Shown piece by piece: positions 15,383 through 22,571 of a stretch of 30,812 nt of DNA. Source of the DNA: a virus (Duplodnaviria > Caudoviricetes); the IMG/VR virus record IMGVR_UViG_3300037697_000016, positions 1 to 30,812 of that record; one strand, given 5' to 3'. The translations under genes and the position numbers were made by a program. How positions within the stretch are numbered: the stretch's first letter is position 1; each line of letters starts with the position of its first letter. The notes below the pieces were generated by a model. The model was not told the DNA's origin. It did no database searches and worked only from the letters and a program-made list of their open reading frames with translations.

Positions 15383-15601
15383 ATGTCCATCATGCAAACC
15401 AAGACCGATTCCGAGATCCTCGCCGCTGCGAAGGAAATCTACGGCGCCAAGAACGCCAAGGTCACACGCAACGGCGAAGTCCATGTACGCGGCGTCATGC
15501 CCAACACCGATCAGGTCGGATGGTATCTCTTGGGCTTCACCGGGCAAGTCGAGCTTGACGAAAAGCTGTTCAACCCCGATGGCTCCCTCCGCAATGCCTA
15601 A
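15383..15601 (+). CDS. Small hypothetical protein (72 aa), candidate anti-defence protein
   Basis: GGAG RBS; first gene after the operator-bearing promoter; overlaps the HTH gene. Confidence 0.75.
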   Translation: MSIMQTKTDSEILAAAKEIYGAKNAKVTRNGEVHVRGVMPNTDQVGWYLLGFTGQVELDEKLFNPDGSLRNA

Positions 15602-15821
15602 CCATCCGAACCGGGGGCCGAGAGGCCCAGCGTCAAACCCGTCGCCTGAGCAAATCCGATCCGCCCGAGATGCCGCCGGGCTCTCGCAGACCGCAGCCGC
15701 CACGATGATCTACTCGACGATGAGGACCTGGCAGGATTGGGAAGCAGGGAAGGCGCGCATGCATCCTGGGCTGTGGCGGCTATTCAAAATCTTAATTAAA
15801 CGCGGGGCCGATCTTGAGTGA
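15594..15821 (+). CDS. Small XRE-HTH regulator (75 aa), Aca-like
   Basis: Start ATG 15594; PSPEQIRSARDAAGLSQTAAATMIYSTMRTWQDWEAGKARMHPGLWRLF is an HTH-only protein. Confidence 0.8.
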   Translation: MPNHPNRGPRGPASNPSPEQIRSARDAAGLSQTAAATMIYSTMRTWQDWEAGKARMHPGLWRLFKILIKRGADLE

Positions 15822-15897
15822 TACATCAGATGCGGCTCGCAAGGAAAAGAGACGCTGTTCCGAACGAAAATATCCGGCCTGCCGCGCTAAATAATCC

Positions 15898-15926
15898 TTG
15901 CTCTTGTGTTGATTGCGCACTACAAT
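15898..15926 (+). promoter_or_regulatory. Sigma70 promoter (cassette 2), homologous to the cassette 1 promoter
   Basis: TTGCTC-17 bp-TACAAT. Shares AAATAATCCTTGC (15290 and 15889) and ATAGAA (15325 and 15925) with the first promoter. Confidence 0.75.
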
Positions 15927-15961
15927 AGAATCACAGTAAGCAAACGGACAAGGGGAGCGAG

Positions 15962-16291
15962 ATGAAAGCATCCAAGTGGATTCACCCGACGACCGGCGAA
16001 GTTCGCGTGTATCTGGACGGATACAAGAATGCCGACAGGCAAGTCAAAGCATACGCCATCGCCGACAAGGACGGCGACGCGGTTGTGATCGTTGAGGGAA
16101 AGGGCCAGCCGCAAAAGCAGCTTGACAATGCAAAGGCTACCATCCGCAAGCACTTCGGGCTTTATGCAAAATTCGAGGCCTACCTGAGCGTGGCGACGGA
16201 GCCCGCGGAGAAGGCTAGCAGCCATGCGTATGGAAGCGACTACGCCAACGCATACGAACGCGCCACTGGCGAATCGTGGGGGGAAGCATGA
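15962..16291 (+). CDS. Small hypothetical protein (109 aa), candidate anti-defence protein
   Basis: AGGGGAG RBS; first gene of cassette 2. Confidence 0.75.
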   Translation: MKASKWIHPTTGEVRVYLDGYKNADRQVKAYAIADKDGDAVVIVEGKGQPQKQLDNAKATIRKHFGLYAKFEAYLSVATEPAEKASSHAYGSDYANAYERATGESWGEA

Positions 16292-16662
16292 ACGCCGCCG
16301 ATATCCGAAAGGCGGCCGATGCCGCCCTCGCGCAGCACCGGAAATTCGGAGTCGGCAGCGCCTACCACGTCAGCGCGGAATCGGCTCTCGAGGACGCGCT
16401 GCGCGAGATGACTGGCGAGCTTCGGATCGTCGGCGTGATCAACGGGCGCGCAACCGTGGAAAGTATGACGCGCGCAGCCAGGGCAGCATGGCCGGCAGAG
16501 CGCGGCAGAGGACAGGGCAGAAAGCCGGTGAAAGTCGGCGAGGATACCGTCACCATGTCCATTCGGCTGACGCCAGCACAGCGTGAGAAACTGGCGCAGC
16601 TCGGCGGGGCCGGATGGGTGCGGGATCGGATCGACGGGGCGACTGATCCGTCCGCATCCTGA
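16288..16662 (+). CDS. Hypothetical protein with a C-terminal ribbon-helix-helix-like domain (124 aa)
   Basis: ATGA overlap at 16288; C-terminal GRGQGRKP...TVTMSIRLTPAQREKLAQLGGAGWVRDRID. Confidence 0.7.
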   Translation: MNAADIRKAADAALAQHRKFGVGSAYHVSAESALEDALREMTGELRIVGVINGRATVESMTRAARAAWPAERGRGQGRKPVKVGEDTVTMSIRLTPAQREKLAQLGGAGWVRDRIDGATDPSAS

Positions 16663-16666
16663 CCCG

Positions 16667-18478
16667 TCAAGCCCAGCACTTCGGAAAGTGAACGACCCCC
16701 TCTGCGAGCTCCGACACGCTCGACACGAACTCCTGCGTGACCGGGTGCCACGAGCCGGAGCAGTTGAGCATCCGCGGGGCAACAAACGCCAGCGGGATCG
16801 GCCACACAAACAGGAACGTTCCACCGGGAAGTTCGAACGTCTCGCTGTGCGCAACCGCTCCAGATGGCGTCACCACGTCGCCGAAATGATTGATCTGCGT
16901 CGTCTGCCCGTTCGTGATGACATGGCGGGCGCCGACTGCGTTATTCGACCATCGGACCAGATCGAGCACCACGCCCGGATTTCCTCCTCTGCCTGCCCAC
17001 AGTTGCGGGAATGCGAAATACTGGGTGCGCAGCTCGGGGATCGGCAGCGACAGGGGATTGCGCCCATCGACGTTGAAGTGATCGACGAGGCTATACAGCG
17101 GGGCGCCGTTGAGCGTCACAGACAAATTGTTTGTGGACACGAATACAGCGGGGTCGGACATCGGGTTATCGGTGTTGAAAGCGTATTCGGGCCATGTGCG
17201 CGATTCCGTCTTGACTCCGGACTCTGACCGCACGAGCGCAATCCCCGCCCCCGGCACGACGACGCCGTTATCCCGCAGCTCGACCGTGAGCGACTCGGTA
17301 ATCACCCAGCTGTACCCGCTGGTCCCGGTGATCGTCGGGCCAAAAGATCCGCCATTGGAATCGCACAGCGGCTCCCAGATCGACGGGCCGCCGGATGATT
17401 GCGCAATCACTGTCACCGCTCGGTCATATACGCGCGTGAGATCGAGCGTGATCTCGTGCAGTACGCTGTTGGCGTCGTACCACATCGCGATAACGCCTCC
17501 GGTGAGCGATTGCGTTTCGTTTCCGGTTCCCGGACCATCATTTTGATTTGTGGTCGGGGTCTCGGTGAACACGATATCGAACGTTTTGCGGACCACGTTC
17601 TGCCCGCTCGGGCACGTAAAAGGCTCCTCCGCCACCACAGCAAGACCCCAGCCGATGATGAGGTATCCCATATTCAGCGATCCGGAATACGTCCCGAGGC
17701 ACGCCGCGCGGTTGCGGACCGTCTGCGCAGTCACCGTGCCATCCGTGGCGACTGTCACCTCGACAAAAGCGAGCGGGCGATGGTCGAGCGCGCTCGGGTT
17801 CGCCTCTTGCGCATCCTCGTTCGGCGCCGTGCTGTCTGTCCACGGACGGATGCAGCACATGAACAAAGCCTTGTCTCCGCCCGGCGTGGTCGAGACGAGA
17901 CGGGTCTCCATCACCACATCCGCGGGGATGGGCGTATGCGGCGTCAGGCCGTTGATCAGTACCAGCTGGTCAATCGGCGGCGCGCCGTCCTGACCGAGAT
18001 CGATTGCCGACGCCGTCACTGTCGTTGAAGTGTGCAGCCCATCCCCGATCAGCCCGAACCGACGGCGAGAAAACGCGAAGACGCGAGCGGTGTGCGGGCC
18101 GGTCAGGCTCGAGATCTGGAACCGCCAGCACGCGCCGGCAGGGTCGAACCACAGCCACGAATTCGCCCCGATCTGCTGGCCACCCACGTCGCCCGTCCCG
18201 CCGGAAAGGATTGCATAGTCAAGGAGTTCGTGCCCGGCGGCGAGGTTCGCGGCGACCTCCTCGGGCGGCAGGACAGGCCCGGTCCAGCCGGGTCGGCGCA
18301 CCAGCAGCGTGTTGGCGAACGACCACACCGCTCCGCCGTTCCCGCCCGGCTGCGGCCACGCGATCTGGCTGCTGTTGCCGAGGGTCATCTGCGCGTTTTG
18401 AATCAGCCCGTGACGGCTGATGCCCCACGAGAGCGTTTTTCCAAACAGCGGAACCGGCTCGCTTTTGCCTACGCTCAC
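16667..18478 (-). CDS. Tail-tip/receptor-binding-region protein (603 aa)
   Basis: Last gene of the tail operon; beta-rich G/T/V composition; GTGA overlap. Function inferred from position only. Confidence 0.6.
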   Translation of the reverse strand: MSVGKSEPVPLFGKTLSWGISRHGLIQNAQMTLGNSSQIAWPQPGGNGGAVWSFANTLLVRRPGWTGPVLPPEEVAANLAAGHELLDYAILSGGTGDVGGQQIGANSWLWFDPAGACWRFQISSLTGPHTARVFAFSRRRFGLIGDGLHTSTTVTASAIDLGQDGAPPIDQLVLINGLTPHTPIPADVVMETRLVSTTPGGDKALFMCCIRPWTDSTAPNEDAQEANPSALDHRPLAFVEVTVATDGTVTAQTVRNRAACLGTYSGSLNMGYLIIGWGLAVVAEEPFTCPSGQNVVRKTFDIVFTETPTTNQNDGPGTGNETQSLTGGVIAMWYDANSVLHEITLDLTRVYDRAVTVIAQSSGGPSIWEPLCDSNGGSFGPTITGTSGYSWVITESLTVELRDNGVVVPGAGIALVRSESGVKTESRTWPEYAFNTDNPMSDPAVFVSTNNLSVTLNGAPLYSLVDHFNVDGRNPLSLPIPELRTQYFAFPQLWAGRGGNPGVVLDLVRWSNNAVGARHVITNGQTTQINHFGDVVTPSGAVAHSETFELPGGTFLFVWPIPLAFVAPRMLNCSGSWHPVTQEFVSSVSELAEGVVHFPKCWA

Positions 18479-18786
18479 GCGGGCGGGTCCTTGAAAGTGG
18501 CGCGCGTGCCGCCTGTCAGCAAAATGCTTTTGATCGGCTGCCAGGAAAGTTGAAAGATGCCGTCGCTGCTCGGGAGTATTCGGGCGGCGTAGTATTCGCG
18601 CTGCGTCGCATCACTTTCGTTGAACGCCGACCCGCCGACCCCGCTCTGAGTCGCCGACGGCCGGCCGACCGAAGTGCCGCCGGGTTTCGCGCCCTTGGCC
18701 TGGGCGGGATTGAGAGGGTCCCATGTAGGCTTTTTGCCGACGACACGGTCCACGGCCTCCTGCAGCGGCGATGCGGATCCGGCCAC
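18475..18786 (-). CDS. Small tail-tip-associated protein (103 aa)
   Basis: Tightly packed in the tail operon; REYY...SSDGIF segment. Confidence 0.6.
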   Translation of the reverse strand: MAGSASPLQEAVDRVVGKKPTWDPLNPAQAKGAKPGGTSVGRPSATQSGVGGSAFNESDATQREYYAARILPSSDGIFQLSWQPIKSILLTGGTRATFKDPPA

Positions 18787-18788
18787 GA

Positions 18789-19202
18789 TCAGGACTCGAT
18801 GACAGCGGTCGTCACAAGCGACAGGTCGGTGTAGGTGCCGAGCGTGCTCGTGCCGGTATCGACCCGCACATACACCGGCACCGCTCCGGCCGTGCCGCTG
18901 TTGAGCGTGGTGCCCACCGACAGCGCGGCGCCCGCGGTCGCCGAATCCAGCCCGACCGCCGACAGTGCCAGCTTGAACGCTGTCGCCGCGAGTTGCACGC
19001 CTCCGCCGTCCGAGTCGGTCGGCGTGATCTGGATCGGGTCGGTTCCGGGGTTGACCGACGTTTGCATCGTTGTACCGGTCGCAGTGCTGCCGAAATAGAT
19101 CAGCAAATCGACCGCGCCGCCAAGGCTAGACTGCGCCACGGGCTGATTGGCCACTGGCACCGTCAGCCCCGCGTCCGCGTAAAACTGCCAAGTCGTGCTC
19201 AT
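18789..19202 (-). CDS. Minor virion/tail protein (137 aa)
   Basis: Beta-rich T/G/A composition; abuts the 949-aa gene. Confidence 0.6.
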   Translation of the reverse strand: MSTTWQFYADAGLTVPVANQPVAQSSLGGAVDLLIYFGSTATGTTMQTSVNPGTDPIQITPTDSDGGGVQLAATAFKLALSAVGLDSATAGAALSVGTTLNSGTAGAVPVYVRVDTGTSTLGTYTDLSLVTTAVIES

Positions 19203-22052
19203 TTAAAGGATCTCCAGTAAATCAGTCGGGATAGTGGTCTCGATCGTCGCCTCGACGGGCAGGTCGAGCGGGTCGCGGTCGAGCGCGTCGATCGTCGGGG
19301 CACGCATCGAGAGTTGATGCGGGTACCAGTTAAATGATGTGCTTTGGAATGCCAGATCGAGATTGGTCACGAAGCCGATCATCGTCTCAGAATCGAACGG
19401 CGGAGACGGACCGCCCCCCGCTTCGGGCGGGCGCGTGATGATCCCGTCACCGCCGCCGACATGGGTGCCGAGATCGAAACCGTAGGCAGTGAGCGGCCGC
19501 GTTTCGTCGGGCATCGTCACCGCGGGCAGGCTCCACGTCGGCAGGCTCGCGTCCGCGTTGCCCGGCAGGCCGACCGCGATCGCGGCCTCGGTCGTCGCCG
19601 CGCCGGTGTCGAGGTCGAGCGTGTGCGTGATCTCTGCGATCTTTCCGGCAGCCCGTAGCGCTGTGAATTCCAGCGTCGGGAACCAGTCTAGCCACAAATC
19701 CGGTCGCAGCGGCAGCGCGAATCTCACCCGGCCGGAGCGAGTCGAGCCGTACAGCGTGACCCATGCGCGATCGAGTAGCGTGCGCAGCACGTCGTCACGC
19801 GCGGCCGTGTCGGCGCCCGCCGGCTGCCATGCGCTCGACACATCTCCCGCCGTCGGCACCGTGAGTGCGGGCGACACGGCCGGGTCGCTGCCCCACTCTT
19901 GCGCATCGAACGCCGCCTCGAGTGTCGCGCCGACTTCCTCGCCGATGGGCCCGGTATCGGCCTCCACGCCGGGGAGCGTCACCGTGACCGTGTAGTCCTC
20001 GGTCGTCGTTTGCGTCCAGCGGGACTCGAAGCGCGCCGAGAATCCCAGCGCAATCGACGGCGCGACCTCCGGCGGGATGATGTACACGCCATCGCCCACC
20101 ACATCGCCGAGCAGATACGACCCGGCAGCCGGCTTGTCGTAGCTGATAGGCCCGGAAAGGCTCCATCCGGACAGGCCCGTGACGGCCGATTCGACCATTG
20201 CCACCGTGAGGCCGAGCACGCCGTAGAACGGCCCGCCGCTGGCCACTGCGACGGCTCGAAAATCGCCGGTGTAGAACCGGATCGGCTGGCTGTAGGACGC
20301 GAGAGCCCCGCGCCCTCGGAGCCGCGTATATCGGTACTGCATGCGGCAGGTCACACGCGTCCGGATCTGGCTGCGGCTCGGCAGGTCGATCGACAGCGAG
20401 CCGTCGAGGATGTCGGCCTGCCGGATCGTCGCGGTCTTGAGCCCGGCGCCGCGCCACGGCAGCACCCGCATGCGCTGTAGCGCGTCGAGCGCGTAGCTTT
20501 TCGGGACGCTGGCGATGCGCGCTTGCAGATAGTCCCACGTGTCGGCCGGCAGCCCGGATACCTCCTCACGCCAGCGCCCGCCGACTTCGGTGTCGATCCA
20601 ATCGCGTGGCGTGTTGCTCGCGATCTCCTGCAGCTGGTCGTGGCACAGGCAGGACACCAGCCCGGTCGCGAGATCGATCGACGGCGTTTCGACGACCCCG
20701 GAAAAAATCGTGTGCGCGTTGATCGGTCCGGTGTCGGTCCATTGCGCGAACGTGATCCTGACCGGCTGTCCGATCAATCCCATCGGAAGCATCGGCGACA
20801 CGGGACGGAACGCGAATTCCGCGACGCTCGCCTCGTTGTCCGCCTGCGTCACCGTGATCTGCCCGGCTAGCTGCGCCGAGATGTCGGATCCGCCGAGGAA
20901 CACCACCGGCTGCCAGCGACCGCCCGGCGCCGACGGCCAGCCGCCCGCGCCATCGAGGCCGCCGACGGTCGCCGCGTCGAAGACCTCGACCGAGAACGGC
21001 AGCGTGACGACCGCGGGCTCCACGACCGAGATCGAAAACGGCAGCGCCACGACGCTGCTGCCGTCGACGACTTCGATCGAAAACGGCAGCGTGACAATCG
21101 GCGGGGCGAACACCTCGATGGTGAACGTCAGCGTGATGATGGCCGGCATGAACAGGCCATCGGCCACATAGGGCACGTTACCGCCCCATGTCGCGTCAAA
21201 ATCAGGCAGGAACAAGCGGTCCCCAGCCCCAAACCAGTCTGTCCCGCCTGCCGCAGGCTTGCCGGTCGCGTCCATCGGGCTGCGCGTGCCCGAGGTGTAG
21301 GAATACACCACGTCTGCCGTGGAGTCCCACTCATAGAGCGCGCCGGCTGTCGTCCGGAAATACGACAACGAGTCCGGGTTTCCGCTCGAAACCCATGTCG
21401 CGCCGTTGTCGGTGCTTCGGCGAGAGTTGGACGCGGTGACGGCCGACGACACGAGCCATCCGCCAGGGTATGCCCCGACCGGACCTACCCGAAGCGTGCC
21501 CGAGACGGTGACGAGCGACCACGTGTCGCCGTTGTCCGTACTGCGCGCAATCTGCACTGCACCGCAGGAGACGATCCAGATGTTGCCCTGGTTGGCGACC
21601 GATGATTTGCTGCCATTCGCATGCGGGGACGAGATCGTCGTCTTGACGGTCCATGTGGCGCCGCCGTCAATCGACAGCGAGACCTTGCCGGTGCTCGATA
21701 CGATCACGAGCCGGCCATTGGCGGCCGCGATCGCCCGAGCCCCGTGCTCCGCCGCGCCGTCGAAGATGGCCTGCGACACTGCCCATGCGTTTCCGGTGAG
21801 CCCGTCCGTGCTCTGCAGGTAGCCGTTATCGCCTACGGTGTGCCACTTCGTGCCGTCGTAGCAGGCCCCCAGGACGTCGACCACGAGCGAGTTTGCCGAG
21901 TTGGTCGGGCGCGGGGCCGTGACGTAGTTCAGGAAGTCATCGGTGGCGGAGATCCCGTTCGGGTTGTCGTCGATCAGCAGCCAGCGCCCGGACGCGCCGT
22001 AGAACGCACGCGTCAAAAACAGGCCGACGGCGCTTTTCTTGACCCACGTCAT
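19203..22052 (-). CDS. Large tail-tip (hub-like) protein with N-terminal Asp-box/BNR repeats (949 aa)
   Basis: Second gene after the tape measure gene. SxDxGxTW boxes (SIDGGATW, STDNGDTW, STDNGATW) and a four-repeat linker. Confidence 0.7.
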   Translation of the reverse strand: MTWVKKSAVGLFLTRAFYGASGRWLLIDDNPNGISATDDFLNYVTAPRPTNSANSLVVDVLGACYDGTKWHTVGDNGYLQSTDGLTGNAWAVSQAIFDGAAEHGARAIAAANGRLVIVSSTGKVSLSIDGGATWTVKTTISSPHANGSKSSVANQGNIWIVSCGAVQIARSTDNGDTWSLVTVSGTLRVGPVGAYPGGWLVSSAVTASNSRRSTDNGATWVSSGNPDSLSYFRTTAGALYEWDSTADVVYSYTSGTRSPMDATGKPAAGGTDWFGAGDRLFLPDFDATWGGNVPYVADGLFMPAIITLTFTIEVFAPPIVTLPFSIEVVDGSSVVALPFSISVVEPAVVTLPFSVEVFDAATVGGLDGAGGWPSAPGGRWQPVVFLGGSDISAQLAGQITVTQADNEASVAEFAFRPVSPMLPMGLIGQPVRITFAQWTDTGPINAHTIFSGVVETPSIDLATGLVSCLCHDQLQEIASNTPRDWIDTEVGGRWREEVSGLPADTWDYLQARIASVPKSYALDALQRMRVLPWRGAGLKTATIRQADILDGSLSIDLPSRSQIRTRVTCRMQYRYTRLRGRGALASYSQPIRFYTGDFRAVAVASGGPFYGVLGLTVAMVESAVTGLSGWSLSGPISYDKPAAGSYLLGDVVGDGVYIIPPEVAPSIALGFSARFESRWTQTTTEDYTVTVTLPGVEADTGPIGEEVGATLEAAFDAQEWGSDPAVSPALTVPTAGDVSSAWQPAGADTAARDDVLRTLLDRAWVTLYGSTRSGRVRFALPLRPDLWLDWFPTLEFTALRAAGKIAEITHTLDLDTGAATTEAAIAVGLPGNADASLPTWSLPAVTMPDETRPLTAYGFDLGTHVGGGDGIITRPPEAGGGPSPPFDSETMIGFVTNLDLAFQSTSFNWYPHQLSMRAPTIDALDRDPLDLPVEATIETTIPTDLLEIL
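20975..21146 (-). repeat. Four coding tandem repeats of 42-45 nt (xTLPFSIEVx)
   Basis: AACGGCAGCG-like units at 20995, 21037, 21082 and 21124. Confidence 0.8.
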
Positions 22053-22055
22053 CGC

Positions 22056-22571
22056 TTACGCCTCCTCCGCCACGAGTTCCCACGACGCGCCGGCGCGGCT
22101 GTGATCCTCGGAGGTGGGATCACAGAGCACGGACAGCTCGGGGAAATACATGACTTCGTAGGCGATGGCGCCCGCGACCGCGGTGCATGTCGCGACGTTG
22201 ACCGACAGCGACAGCGGCGTGGCTACCGCGCCGTCGGCGGTGTGTGCCCATGCGTAGGGCAGATAGCCGGCATCGGTGCGGCGTGCGGCCGGGATCGTGA
22301 CGGCGTTCGATGTGCTGGACACTGCGCGCGGCAATCCGCATTTGAGCGTCAGCGGACCAGACGGCAGGGTCGCCAGTCCGGGCGGGCACCAGCCGTCACC
22401 GCTGATCGTCACGCGGAGCTTTTCCCATAGGATCTGGTCGAGGCCCGCGCCGTCGGCGAATCGAAGTCGAGACCGACCGCCGATCGTCTCAAAGCGCTGC
22501 GAGAGGTTGAGCGCCGCAGCGCATGGCACGATCACGCTGCCAATCTGGAAGGCTTTGCCGGCGTGGCTCAT
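22056..22571 (-). CDS. Distal-tail-position protein (171 aa)
   Basis: Immediately after the tape measure gene (TGATG overlap); size and position of Dit/gpM-like genes. Confidence 0.55.
   Translation of the reverse strand: MSHAGKAFQIGSVIVPCAAALNLSQRFETIGGRSRLRFADGAGLDQILWEKLRVTISGDGWCPPGLATLPSGPLTLKCGLPRAVSSTSNAVTIPAARRTDAGYLPYAWAHTADGAVATPLSLSVNVATCTAVAGAIAYEVMYFPELSVLCDPTSEDHSRAGASWELVAEEA

Noticed and set aside
16667-22052. Diversity-generating retroelement or invertible tail-fibre switch
   Set aside because: No reverse transcriptase or invertase gene, and I saw no TR/VR-like repeat pair or long inverted repeats in the window.
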